This document shows positions 43,401 to 52,937 of a stretch of DNA of 64,000 bases, in pieces; the first letter of the stretch is position 1; the number at the start of each line of letters is the position of its first letter. The stretch comes from a virus: IMG/VR virus record IMGVR_UViG_3300010157_000040, positions 44,698 through 108,697 of that record; one strand, given 5' to 3'. Below the pieces are notes generated by a model. It saw nothing but the letters and a program-made list of their open reading frames with translations, ran no database searches and was not told the DNA's origin. The translations under genes were made by a program, and so were the position numbers.

Positions 43401-46297
43401 ATCAAATCAAAAGACTTAAAAGTATTGAAGAAGAAATTGTTGCAGCACAAGAACAGTTTGATAGAAAAACTGGTTTATCTAAAGAAGATTCAAATAGATT
43501 AAAATACTTTGAAGAAGAAATAATTGGTAAAGGTAAGTTTAATGAAATGACACCTGAAGATAAAGCTGAATATCAAAATCTATCTAACAATAGAACAGCA
43601 TTTGGTTTGTCTGGTCAAGAAACAACTTATTTAAGAGGTTTATATAGAAAACTTAATGAACTTACTGATACACAAGCAACTGATTATTATATCACTGCAT
43701 TTAATAATGCATTAGGTGATGCTGATGTTCCAATTGCAACAATAGAAACTGCTGATAACTGGATTAATTCAAATGATGTAATGAAAGCAAAAGCTGAAAG
43801 TTCTGCATTTGCTGAATGGTTTGATAGAAATCATTATACTAGACCAAGTTTTGATCAAGAAACCGGAGAGTACATGAATAAGTACTATAGGTTAAAAGCA
43901 TGGACTATAAGTAAACCAAGTGATTCTTCATTTTATAAAAAAACAGAATTAGTTGATCCTACTACTGGTGATAAACTTACAGTAGATGGAGTTCCTATTG
44001 CTAAATATTCATATACTAAAATTAAAGATGAATTTTTTACAGGATATGATGCAAAGACTAAAACTATTAATAAAAAAGTAGGAGTGCATGTAGATAACAG
44101 AGGTAACTTTTTACCTAAGACATTTGCTATTGGAGATGTGAATGATAAATACATGAATAAAAAATATTTTGAACTTCAAAAAGCAAACAATGCACAATAT
44201 AAATTACTTGAAAAATTAAAACAAAATATATTAGATGTACAAGAAGATTCACAATTTGCATCAAGAATGTATTTAGATTTTGCTAGATTTAGAATTGATA
44301 CTAATCTTGAATATTTACAAAAAGGTAAGCTTCAAGAAAGTATAAAAGATAAGAAAAATATTGTATTACAAAATCTAAAGGCTGCTGTTACTGCAGCTAA
44401 AGATGACCCGGAAAGAAGTTTGAATTTTGATAATAAATATTTATTAGTTCCAACAGACTTACAAGGTAAACCAATTGCTAAAGTTCCTATTAGAGGATTA
44501 TTTAATTTAGATATTAATACTGTTTCTACAGATGTGTTTAGATCAATGTTTAATTATATGTATTCAATTGATCAACAAAATGCATTAATAGAAAATGAAC
44601 CATTAGCACAAGCACTACTTAATGTATATAGAGATCCAGATAATGCAATTGATAAATTAGATAGAGCAAGTAAAACTCTTGCAAAAATAGATGATAAAGC
44701 ATCTTCTTTCTTAAAAAGATCTACTAATAAAAGATTACAGTTAGCTGAAGATTTTATTAACAGAACTTTTTATGGTCAAATTACTAGTGAATTTCAACAA
44801 GAAAATGTAATGACAACTAAAATTGCAAAAGGTTTAGTTGGTCAAGCAAGTAGAGCATTTTATGCATTAAACTTACAATCCTCAGTAAAAAATAAATGGG
44901 GAATGACAGTGCAGAAACTTATATATTCTGCAGGTGGAAAATATATTGACTATCCTTCAATGGCAAGAGGTCAAATATCTGCAACAAAAGCAATGTTTGA
45001 ATATGCTGCTAAAGGTGCATATGCAAAAGGAATGAAAAGTTTACCAATGCAAATGATGGATAAGTTTGATATGAATCCAGGAAAAACTAAATCTGAGTTT
45101 GGTAAATCTACTACAAGAACAGCTGTAAAAGATTTATTAGATGGTGCATGGATGTATTCTGATAGAAAATTATTAGAACTAGAAGGAGCATTAGAACTTG
45201 GATTTGCAGTTATGGAAAAACAACTTGTTGATCAAGTACAAGATGATGGTTCAGTAACACAAATAAGATATGCAGATGCATTTGAAACTAATGCAGAAGG
45301 TAAAATGGTGTTAAAGAAAGGTATTGATCCTGAATGGGGAACAGAAGAACTTACTCATACTGTACAAGTAGGGGACACATTAGATTCTATTGCTAAGAAA
45401 TACCATATGACAGCAGAAGAATTAAAATCAAAAAATAAAATTACAGAACTTCCGGAACTAGGTGAAGATATAACAATTTCAACAAATAAGAAATTTAATG
45501 ATGTTAAACTAATCATAGCATCAGTAAATAAAAAACTGAATGGTACAATGACCAACATTGATGGACCAGCAGCTGAAAAGTATTTGTTATATAATCTATT
45601 TAGTTTTTCAAGAAAATATGCCACAGGTATGTTCTTGCAAAGATTTCAAATGGATACTTCTAAAGGTAATAAAGGTAATGAAACATGGGATTGGGACACT
45701 AATGATACAACTAAAGGAACATACATAGAATTCTTACAACTATCAGGTAAATTAATTAAAGGTTTTAGTACATACTGGCCAATTATGAAACCTTCAGAAA
45801 AAGCTGCTGCTAAACAAGTAATTATGGAAGGTATGTTATTATTTCTTATAGGAATGGTAATAACTTATTTATTTGGTTATGATCAAGGTGATGAAGATAG
45901 ATTTGCTAAAATTAAAGCACGTGAAGATAAATATGGTGCTGCAGGATTTATGGCAAACCATTTATTATATCAGTTAATGATGGTAAAGAAAGAAAATCAA
46001 TCTTTTATTCCACTTCCTGGAGTAGGTTTAAATGATTGGTTAAGTTTTGGTAAAGCAACTACAATTGTAATAGGTCCAACATTAGGTGTATATGGAAAAA
46101 TATTTGTTGATCTTGGTCAAATCTTAATTGGTAGTGATAAAGCTACATATAAACAAGATGTTGGTCCATATTCATGGCAAAAACAAGATGTATATAAGAT
46201 TTGGAATCACATAGGTTCATTATTTGGTGTATCAGGTAAGAATGTTAGTCCTTATTGGTCTATCAAGAAGAAAGAGATATTTGAAAACATGAATTAA
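40427..46297 (+). CDS. Giant ejection protein with zincin-like metallopeptidase motif, LysM domain and C-terminal hydrophobic helices
   Basis: VLHEFAHP...EEAIV (about 41020-41200); LysM HTVQVGDTLDSIAKKYHMTAEELKSKN...GEDITI (about 45355-45480); TM-like MLLFLIGMVITYLFG; starts MPCP. Confidence 0.72.
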   Translation: MPCPIKIKEFLTNQVFEKGQAGLFMRKELADKLAADINAEYDAKVIKFTKYFDHLEREITIPQSLIDEYYDAELQEEIKEMKSAEREAEEQQLQEDIRAGKVLVENLDVDTDNNDYNFNENFTEDYYKTKVIENRDLQIAQKLGEKYAKAFNVSYSIITPGEAAILLEDSPTPFTSDVSSFFYDNAIYFIEGKFTAASVLHEFAHPLVKGIAFQNPKLFQNLFSQLTSTNTGIDALTKVKDKYPELDEDSDRFKEEAIVTAMEMDAAMEIENVKNNDSAFAKFIQNLIFAIKKVIKALTGNINLKNLSTSTTRDELVNMMLNEDFQIEDLKYQLSLFAEFKKDTEDYIKELKDTTPKKLVEAINKFHNEMTFQIGVLKNSPKKLREELKGKEGLDVLRNIKDYVKGYKTAGEDLTEEELEELFKNLGEEQDDLRVRSLAFINSLTELEVFARRVQTLLSDMRKSDKFMTYDGNGKIQYFKQFMEREVKFLNEVRRSLALDPSNELVKKILAIKAVVEDNVENAKEMTFEFVKGFFMENSITMQKNVKEKLEETIDRVLKAEKFTQDDIDVFKDDLFNKLDIDNIKGIKQSDFLLPSIPKGAKYILSEIGNYNSNKITEETVDNYLRGHVRDLGMMGSLATPMGNVNDMFGSFVNFMKSKLSNAEVKSLDKQYKIAEELQPYLNAVGINHNDTKAIADLVLFIDTVPDTDEHGNFIEKQIYAYLDKFQNWRADRGKLEFDLEKARTLGKKDEIKAAMQARWEFDEKYMQRKYVDAVYDVKKMWRQDNVLLNPATGKEIKISASTSIEAYMERQSALDDLATFNSSNFTELDDLNEFTPSKAAKIKYDELFNMFNLNGEYKQGKELEKVLIRRAYREQSRKFNESTTNIDKVQKDLDHFVNVTLAGMGITKDSDSAKYESEIAKFTSKNFKIAYTNEYFQERNATLDAIKKINEKTKGSDISKQLANLYEQRYNLVNRVTDKDGEPNGLMLGQDQIKRLKSIEEEIVAAQEQFDRKTGLSKEDSNRLKYFEEEIIGKGKFNEMTPEDKAEYQNLSNNRTAFGLSGQETTYLRGLYRKLNELTDTQATDYYITAFNNALGDADVPIATIETADNWINSNDVMKAKAESSAFAEWFDRNHYTRPSFDQETGEYMNKYYRLKAWTISKPSDSSFYKKTELVDPTTGDKLTVDGVPIAKYSYTKIKDEFFTGYDAKTKTINKKVGVHVDNRGNFLPKTFAIGDVNDKYMNKKYFELQKANNAQYKLLEKLKQNILDVQEDSQFASRMYLDFARFRIDTNLEYLQKGKLQESIKDKKNIVLQNLKAAVTAAKDDPERSLNFDNKYLLVPTDLQGKPIAKVPIRGLFNLDINTVSTDVFRSMFNYMYSIDQQNALIENEPLAQALLNVYRDPDNAIDKLDRASKTLAKIDDKASSFLKRSTNKRLQLAEDFINRTFYGQITSEFQQENVMTTKIAKGLVGQASRAFYALNLQSSVKNKWGMTVQKLIYSAGGKYIDYPSMARGQISATKAMFEYAAKGAYAKGMKSLPMQMMDKFDMNPGKTKSEFGKSTTRTAVKDLLDGAWMYSDRKLLELEGALELGFAVMEKQLVDQVQDDGSVTQIRYADAFETNAEGKMVLKKGIDPEWGTEELTHTVQVGDTLDSIAKKYHMTAEELKSKNKITELPELGEDITISTNKKFNDVKLIIASVNKKLNGTMTNIDGPAAEKYLLYNLFSFSRKYATGMFLQRFQMDTSKGNKGNETWDWDTNDTTKGTYIEFLQLSGKLIKGFSTYWPIMKPSEKAAAKQVIMEGMLLFLIGMVITYLFGYDQGDEDRFAKIKAREDKYGAAGFMANHLLYQLMMVKKENQSFIPLPGVGLNDWLSFGKATTIVIGPTLGVYGKIFVDLGQILIGSDKATYKQDVGPYSWQKQDVYKIWNHIGSLFGVSGKNVSPYWSIKKKEIFENMN

Positions 46298-46329
46298 AAA
46301 AAATAAGGGAAAGTCCTAAGACTCTCCCT
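46296..46329 (-). terminator. Terminator at the convergence of the two transcription blocks (possibly bidirectional)
   Basis: Minus strand AGGGAGAGTC-TTAG-GACTTTCCCT followed by a T-rich run. Confidence 0.8.
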
Positions 46330-46353
46330 ATATGTTTTTATCTTGTTCCAACT

Positions 46354-46384
46354 AAAAAAAAAGAGGTGCATCTCTGCACCCCTT
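46354..46384 (-). terminator. Second terminator, first reached by - strand transcripts
   Basis: Minus strand AAGGGGTGCA-GAGA-TGCACCTCTT plus T run (GNRA loop). Confidence 0.85.
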
Positions 46385-46418
46385 AATTGATATATATTAA
46401 CCCTGTAAACCAGGTTCT

Positions 46419-47570
46419 TTAAAAGAAGTCAGTTATATCATCTGATTCTTCTTCATTTTCATCTACAAAATCAATAGATAAATTAAAATCTAACACTTCA
46501 ACTTTTTCTATTTCTAATTTAGTTAAGTCAGCTTCTATTTCTATTTCTACTTCTTCTTCTACTGTAATAATGTGTTGTTCTGACCAAATATTAATCTCAT
46601 CATCATCATCATCTGGATCTTTAGTTACTGCATTATGAAAATCTATAGCTTCAAATGTATTTCCTGCAACATCAGTATAGGTTACTATATCTTCTTGCAA
46701 TTTAGTAAAAATAATTTCTTCAGCTGCATATCTGATATCTTCATCCATTTGATCAGCTTCCATATCAGCAATCTGGTTAAGTAAGTTAACTTGATTAGGA
46801 TCAACAAACTCTACCTCAGATTCAACAACTACAGGAACTACTACAGGAGCAGCAACTGCAAAATTATTAATACTTGACATAAAATAATGAAGTACTCTTT
46901 GGTCTTCCATCCATGTTTTAGGATGTGAATGTTGTAGAGCAATAGTTACATAATTATAAAAAGCCCATAGACTATTAGAATCATCATATATATGACTTGG
47001 TCTATCCATTTGGTTTCTAATCATACTTGCTTGTTCAGTTGTAATTATCTGATATTCAGCAAATAAGATACCTAACATTTGTGCTTGTCTTCTTTTGTTT
47101 AACACAATAGTTTTCATTTGTTCTTTATCAGCTACTAACTGATCATAATACATCTGTGCACCAGCAATTTGCTCTTTAATAGTAGCAATTGTTTCTGTGT
47201 CAGCTGTTCCAGTATGTTTTCTAGCCCAACTTCCCATATCACCACATACCATTACAGTTCCTGTATTATTTATATAAGCTCCAACTCCACATTTAAATCT
47301 CACTTGCTTATTATAACTATTAGTCCATGCAAACATCATATTTAATTCCGGGTCATTATTATAGTTTAATTTATAAATCCCCTGAGCAATCTGACCATCT
47401 GCAGTTGCTCTATACTCTTCTGTATTAACTACAAAACCTGCTGTTGCAAGTTCTGTAAATACATAATCTATTACTGATTGATGACTGATAACTGTATAAG
47501 TATCACCATGAATAGGTAATGTCACACTAATTAAGTGTGCTTTTGTGCAATCTTGAATTTTCTTTGGCAT
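46419..47570 (-). CDS. DUF932-like protein with long acidic C-terminal tail
   Basis: YTVISH...NSY...G.MVC...RKHTG...LWAFYN.VT pattern; last about 130 aa are D/E-rich. Confidence 0.6.
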   Translation of the reverse strand: MPKKIQDCTKAHLISVTLPIHGDTYTVISHQSVIDYVFTELATAGFVVNTEEYRATADGQIAQGIYKLNYNNDPELNMMFAWTNSYNKQVRFKCGVGAYINNTGTVMVCGDMGSWARKHTGTADTETIATIKEQIAGAQMYYDQLVADKEQMKTIVLNKRRQAQMLGILFAEYQIITTEQASMIRNQMDRPSHIYDDSNSLWAFYNYVTIALQHSHPKTWMEDQRVLHYFMSSINNFAVAAPVVVPVVVESEVEFVDPNQVNLLNQIADMEADQMDEDIRYAAEEIIFTKLQEDIVTYTDVAGNTFEAIDFHNAVTKDPDDDDDEINIWSEQHIITVEEEVEIEIEADLTKLEIEKVEVLDFNLSIDFVDENEEESDDITDFF

Positions 47571-49469
47571 TTAAAATAATTTCAATTGTTCAACTCTTGG
47601 TTCTAAGGAATTAATTTCCTTTTCTATTTTTTCTAAATAATAATCATAATTAATATTATAGTCTTCCATGTCTTTTTCAACATGCTTAATCATAACAGTT
47701 TGCATCCACTTTCCTGCTTCAACTTGTATTTCTCTGGAATCTAGTAAGTTAGTTTTAATAATCTTACTTCCTTTATGTGAGATGTAATACCTAATTGTAT
47801 GCTGTAATGGTTGTTTTGTATAATTTCCATTAACAACTGAGTGTTCATAAAATTTCCAATCTCCTTTTATCTTTACTCCACCACAATAATCAAAGATGTT
47901 TTTTTGAGTTTTTAAATATTCTATTGGTTCAATACCATTTACAAAATAGTTAAAAATTGCTTTTGGAATAATCAGAAAACTTTTGTTTTTATGCAATGCT
48001 AAATTTTCAAAATCAAATCTACCTTTACATTTAGTTTTACCATCTTCTGTAATAGCAATATAATTATTTACATCTCCTAAAATAATCTTACTATAAGTAT
48101 CATGTTCTAGTTCTAGATTAGTAATTTTTTCCCAATCAGAACATATCTCTAAATATTTATCTTTATACTCTCTTGGTATAATCATTTCAATACCATCAGT
48201 ATTTTGCATTAATGGAACAGCATTAGGAATCTCTTCAGCAATCCTTTCGTACAACATCATCAAACTAAGTTGACCATTAACAGTAATTCTCATAGTAAAT
48301 TCAGGATCATACAAAAAACTATTCTTATCATTACTTAAACCATAAGTAGAATTTAAAATAATTTTATATACATAATTTTTAGGATCTTTTTTAGGTATCT
48401 TTTTTCTTTCATCAAAAAACCATTCATACTGATCACAAAATTCTTTTTGTGGTAAATGTGCTGGAGCCCACTTATTTCTAATAGCAAGATTAGGATAAAA
48501 AGAAGTTACATCAGAAGTCATAATAACCATGTCTTCATTAGAAGTATACACTTTACTACTTCTAGCTCCGTGAACACCACCAAGACCAAAATCAGTCTTC
48601 ATTCCTTTGTACTGTATAGAATATTTAAATCCTCCTTTAGTTTCTCCAGGATAGATAACTACTTCATTAAACTTATCTAATAATTTTTGAAATGTAGCAG
48701 TTTTAAAGCTAATGTAAGGTAGTATAATATCTTTTACAACTATCTTATCTCTTTTAGTTCTTAACTGTCTAAGATCCCATTTTTTAATACCAGTTTTTTG
48801 ACTTAAGAAATGTAAAAATAATTCTTTAGAAATTCTTGGTTCAGATGCAGAATATAAATCTATACCATATTCATCAGTTAATTGTCTACGCAGATCTATA
48901 CTACTTTTACTAAGGAACATAATTGCTTTTGTAGACTTAACATCATTTATACAGTATTCTATGATAGAATCTATTTGATGTGCAAAAACATCAGTACTGT
49001 GATGAATTGGCATATCTATAATATTTTTCCAATCCATAGTATACTGAATCCATTTTAATGAACTTCTCTTAGCTGGATTATCCCAATGATTAAGTTTAAA
49101 AACATCTAACTGTCTTATTTGTAAATCTCTAGGACTAAATTCTAAGAATTCTCCTTCATTTTGTCTTTGGATAACATTCTGTGCTTTATCATAAATAAAG
49201 TTTGCAATATCTCCACCAGACATTTCCAGTAATTGGTCTTTGTTTCTTAATACATGTTCAGTAATTTGGCTATCAAAACCTAAACCATTAAAACTTACAT
49301 GCCATTCATCATAAGCTATGTTTCTTTCTAAGAAAGTTACTAGCTCTAATATTTCATTTTTACTTTCGTGGATTACAAATATTTCTCTTTCTTCAGATTT
49401 TACATCTTCAAATACTCCAAGAAATAAATTGGACATGGTTTCATAGTCCATTACATAGTTTGTTTTCAT
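47571..49469 (-). CDS. polB: Family B DNA polymerase
   Basis: Exo I DYET, FNG..FD, YCINDV; polymerase motifs DVTSFYP, KIILNSTYG, NTDG; ATG at 49469 preferred over TTG at 49475. Confidence 0.9.
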   Translation of the reverse strand: MKTNYVMDYETMSNLFLGVFEDVKSEEREIFVIHESKNEILELVTFLERNIAYDEWHVSFNGLGFDSQITEHVLRNKDQLLEMSGGDIANFIYDKAQNVIQRQNEGEFLEFSPRDLQIRQLDVFKLNHWDNPAKRSSLKWIQYTMDWKNIIDMPIHHSTDVFAHQIDSIIEYCINDVKSTKAIMFLSKSSIDLRRQLTDEYGIDLYSASEPRISKELFLHFLSQKTGIKKWDLRQLRTKRDKIVVKDIILPYISFKTATFQKLLDKFNEVVIYPGETKGGFKYSIQYKGMKTDFGLGGVHGARSSKVYTSNEDMVIMTSDVTSFYPNLAIRNKWAPAHLPQKEFCDQYEWFFDERKKIPKKDPKNYVYKIILNSTYGLSNDKNSFLYDPEFTMRITVNGQLSLMMLYERIAEEIPNAVPLMQNTDGIEMIIPREYKDKYLEICSDWEKITNLELEHDTYSKIILGDVNNYIAITEDGKTKCKGRFDFENLALHKNKSFLIIPKAIFNYFVNGIEPIEYLKTQKNIFDYCGGVKIKGDWKFYEHSVVNGNYTKQPLQHTIRYYISHKGSKIIKTNLLDSREIQVEAGKWMQTVMIKHVEKDMEDYNINYDYYLEKIEKEINSLEPRVEQLKLF

Positions 49470-49508
49470 ATGCAAGTTCAGTTAAGCTGTTCCCCCTATT
49501 TAATTAAC

Positions 49509-49536
49509 AAAAAAAATGGGTAGCATAACTACCCAC
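49509..49536 (-). terminator. Rho-independent terminator upstream of polB
   Basis: Minus strand GTGGGTAG-TTATG-CTACCCAT plus T run. Confidence 0.8.
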
Positions 49537-49542
49537 TTTTTA

Positions 49543-49944
49543 TTATATACCTGCTACAGGTAAATCTTCTGTAGGAATTTCTTCAACTAAGAATTTCTTA
49601 TAATCAAAAGTTTTTGCATTAATTGCAACAAGTTTAATTATTTCTTCCATAGCTGTTTTATCCTCAACATAATACTCTTGAAAAGTATCTACTGTTTTTC
49701 TTTCTTCTTTAACAGTTCTTCCATTAGGTCTTTGACCTTTAACTGACATGGCATCACCATTATCATCTAATCTTGGAATCATGTGTAAAGATGTTTTAAC
49801 AATTTTAGAAATCACAACAAAAACTTTTGTTGCAGGATCTAAAATACATTCTACATAAGGACATTCATTAGTAATTGGAACTAATCTGAATGTTTGACTT
49901 TCTTGCCAGCTTGACTGCACAAGAATCATTGAATTTTGACTCAT
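49543..49944 (-). CDS. Hypothetical protein
   Basis: Clean 133-aa ORF in the operon orientation; no recognised family. Confidence 0.7.
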   Translation of the reverse strand: MSQNSMILVQSSWQESQTFRLVPITNECPYVECILDPATKVFVVISKIVKTSLHMIPRLDDNGDAMSVKGQRPNGRTVKEERKTVDTFQEYYVEDKTAMEEIIKLVAINAKTFDYKKFLVEEIPTEDLPVAGI

Positions 49945-49975
49945 AATATTTATTGATTTTAAAATTTAATACAAA

Positions 49976-50542
49976 TTAATCAAGAATTTTTATATTTTCC
50001 AAATTAACTACCTCTAATAATAATTTTTCTTTATTAAAATCGGGTTTATTACATAGTTCACCTACTTCTTTTAGTAGACTCTCAGGTACATCTAGCAAGT
50101 CTGCATACACCTTGAAATAATTTTCAGGAAATAAGTAACTTTCAACATATACATGGTTGGCACTATGTTTATCAAAATAATTTAGAATTTTGCGCTTTGT
50201 TTTTTCTTGCATTTTACTGTAGTGTCCATTTATAAAATGAGACCAGTCATCTGTCAAATCAGAAAAGTCAAATGTGAATACACTAGTTGAGTTATCTACT
50301 TCTATATAATCACAAAGTCTTGTATGTTTAAGAAGAACATTCTTCTCAAAATTTAAATACTCTGGATCTTTTCTAGTGTGATAAACACAAACTAATTTCA
50401 TATCCTCGGGACCGTATGATTCATTCCAACTAAGATATGTTTCAGTTGGAATAATACTTGTACCTCTTTTAATATCTAAGAGTGGATATAAAAATATCTT
50501 AGATTTTTGGAAATATTTCCTATAAAGCGCTTTTAATGACAT
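49976..50542 (-). CDS. Hypothetical protein
   Basis: 188-aa ORF tightly packed behind the nuclease gene. Confidence 0.7.
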   Translation of the reverse strand: MSLKALYRKYFQKSKIFLYPLLDIKRGTSIIPTETYLSWNESYGPEDMKLVCVYHTRKDPEYLNFEKNVLLKHTRLCDYIEVDNSTSVFTFDFSDLTDDWSHFINGHYSKMQEKTKRKILNYFDKHSANHVYVESYLFPENYFKVYADLLDVPESLLKEVGELCNKPDFNKEKLLLEVVNLENIKILD

Positions 50543-50545
50543 AAT

Positions 50546-51565
50546 TTACAATTTTACATTACCAATAGCTAGTTCATATGGAAGTGTGTAATCTTTGTTT
50601 AAATAGTGATAACTTATTGTATCTTCTATATTTTCAAAATCAAAACCCCATATCTCTAGACTTTCTTTAGAGACTTGGAATGGGTATACTTGGTTGTATT
50701 TATCTATTACAATAAATGTTACAACTATATCCCAATCTATAGCATCTGGTAAATCTTTGATAAACTTTACATATGCCATCTTTTTATACATAGTGGCTTG
50801 AATCCAATATTTATAATATTTAACAGCATCAGGAAAATCTATTAAATTTTTACCTGTGGTTTTAAGGTCATTAATAAATATTGTTTTAGATTCTCTATCT
50901 ATCACAACATTATCAAGAAATCCTTTATAACCAAATGGAAGATTTTCAATATCAACTTGTAATGGCAACTCATTATAAACTGATAAATGTTTATCTTCTG
51001 CAGTCATGTCAAGTTGTAGTAATGCTCTAACTGATGTATCCATCTTTAAAACTTCAACACTTTCCTTGCAACCACTCAAGGTGTCTTGATCTACTACAGT
51101 CTTTCCTTGACTGTTTTTAAGAAAACTAAAATAGTCTTTGTGGTCCTCTGTCAGAATTTTTGCAAGTCTTTGCTCATCTGTTTTTAAGGATTGATGTAAG
51201 TTAACTGTAAGTAGATGTGTAAGTATTTCTTGAGAGTAGTCCTCCAAAGATAGTGTATCATTTTGTAATGTGCAATGATATTTAAAAATATTATGCAACA
51301 ATTTTAAATTACTATCACTTGGATTTTTTGCATTCATTGTAATAAAGTCTCTATCATAATTATCAGGTTCAAGTAATAAACAGTGTAAGACACGCCCTGT
51401 TACCAGATGCGCATCTATACTGTCTTCTTTTTGATTAAGTACATAATGACTGTAAAAAGCTCTAGGTGAGAATAACAACTTATTAATGCTGCTATAACTA
51501 AAGTAAAACTTTTTATTATAAAATTGTTTTAGTTCATCAGAACCAGTCAATGTCTGTAGATTCAT
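50546..51565 (-). CDS. PD-(D/E)xK exonuclease (RecE/exonuclease VIII-like)
   Basis: FSYSSIN; G..LHCLLLEP; KGFLD...INDLKTT; YWIQATMY. Confidence 0.8.
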   Translation of the reverse strand: MNLQTLTGSDELKQFYNKKFYFSYSSINKLLFSPRAFYSHYVLNQKEDSIDAHLVTGRVLHCLLLEPDNYDRDFITMNAKNPSDSNLKLLHNIFKYHCTLQNDTLSLEDYSQEILTHLLTVNLHQSLKTDEQRLAKILTEDHKDYFSFLKNSQGKTVVDQDTLSGCKESVEVLKMDTSVRALLQLDMTAEDKHLSVYNELPLQVDIENLPFGYKGFLDNVVIDRESKTIFINDLKTTGKNLIDFPDAVKYYKYWIQATMYKKMAYVKFIKDLPDAIDWDIVVTFIVIDKYNQVYPFQVSKESLEIWGFDFENIEDTISYHYLNKDYTLPYELAIGNVKL

Positions 51566-52844
51566 TTGTGTTTATTTGAGTATTAATTAAATTTTTTTCA
51601 AGGGTATTGTCAGTACCCTCAAGATTTAAATTAGAATTTTCTGTTTCTAAAGCAATTAACTCTGACTTGAGTTCTTTTCTCTCAATACTAGTAAATGCAG
51701 CTTCTATAAGTTCATCTTCATCTTCTTCCTGTGCAGGTTCACTGCATAGGTCTTCTGAGGACACTTCAGGAACATAATCAGGAATAATTTCATATGTATA
51801 ATTAGAATCAATAAGATTTACATATTCTGGATTTACAGTAACAGTTTTTACATGAAAATATCTACTATCTCCACCAGCACTAATTCTTTTATGTAAATGT
51901 TTTAATACAATTTCTATTTTATCAGTAGTAAATTGGCCTTTAGAAATTAAAGATTTAGCAATATCATCAATATCAGTACTAAAATATCTGCTATTTTTAT
52001 CTAAATAACTAACAAGAGACTTAAAATTAACATGTGATTTAGTATTAGATCCAGATATTTTATATTCATGCTGATTAAATAATAGTTCAAGATAAACTAA
52101 ACTTTCTGTATATTTAGAATTAGCCATAATCTCCATTGCTAACACATGATTATCAGTATCAGAACTATCAAACATTTGTGACAATTGATCATACATAGCC
52201 TCATCTATTACAGTAGCATCTTCACCATTTAATATATCTATTACTGTAGCTTCATCATAAATGGTTACTGTTTGTAAATGATCATATAAACTTATATAGT
52301 CACCCTCTATTGTTAATAATCTTGCACTATATCTACTACTAGTAAAATCAACATCAGATAGTGTAGAGTTCATTGTAGACATAATATTATAACTTACTGC
52401 AACAAATTCATTTTCATAAAATTCAAATGCAGTAATAACATTATCATAGTAATATTTATCTATTTTATGTTTAATCTCTTCAATAAAAGATAAAAAATTC
52501 TCAGCAGTAACTCTATATTGCCAAGTACTATCAGTCATTTGATGTATACTCTTTGAGTTACCAAAAAATACATTTGCCTGAGTTGCATCTCTTACTGTTT
52601 TAATATTATATTCAAGACATACATTTTTAAATTTAACTCTTGGAACATTAACAGCAGGTAAGAAATATATCTTATCTCCTTTTTGTGGTAAATATGGTGT
52701 TTTTACAAGATTTAATGCTACTTCTGTATCATCATCAAAAGTTCCATATAATGTTTGTAAATTAAATGAAATACTATCTTGTTCTTCAATGCTATAGCCA
52801 GAAGATAAAGTATCACTTGATATTCTTAATATTGGTTTTATCAT
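51537..52844 (-). CDS. Hypothetical protein of the AAA/VWA cluster (possible BRCT-like N-terminal region, helical C-terminal region)
   Basis: KIYF...VPRVK...IKTVRD...ANV pattern; QLSQMFDSSDTDNHVLAMEIMAN motif; acidic tail. Confidence 0.55.
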   Translation of the reverse strand: MIKPILRISSDTLSSGYSIEEQDSISFNLQTLYGTFDDDTEVALNLVKTPYLPQKGDKIYFLPAVNVPRVKFKNVCLEYNIKTVRDATQANVFFGNSKSIHQMTDSTWQYRVTAENFLSFIEEIKHKIDKYYYDNVITAFEFYENEFVAVSYNIMSTMNSTLSDVDFTSSRYSARLLTIEGDYISLYDHLQTVTIYDEATVIDILNGEDATVIDEAMYDQLSQMFDSSDTDNHVLAMEIMANSKYTESLVYLELLFNQHEYKISGSNTKSHVNFKSLVSYLDKNSRYFSTDIDDIAKSLISKGQFTTDKIEIVLKHLHKRISAGGDSRYFHVKTVTVNPEYVNLIDSNYTYEIIPDYVPEVSSEDLCSEPAQEEDEDELIEAAFTSIERKELKSELIALETENSNLNLEGTDNTLEKNLINTQINTNESTDIDWF

Positions 52845-52855
52845 TTTTAATGGTT

Positions 52856-52881
52856 TAAAAAAGGGAGTCTTACCTCCCTTT
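52856..52881 (-). terminator. Rho-independent terminator after the AAA+ ATPase
   Basis: Minus strand AAAGGGAG-GTAAGA-CTCCCTTTTTT. Confidence 0.7.
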
Positions 52882-52937
52882 ATGTTTGTTTTAATGGTAG
52901 TTAGGTTCTTTTTATTTGGAACAGTTTAATGTCAGTC

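Noticed and set aside
12215-45624. Short antisense and alternate-frame ORFs inside the large + strand genes (e.g. 12215-12571, 18752-19081, 29054-29389, 33534-33878, 42751-43077)
   Set aside because: Shadow ORFs of codon-biased genes with unnatural F/L/S/C-rich composition and no motifs
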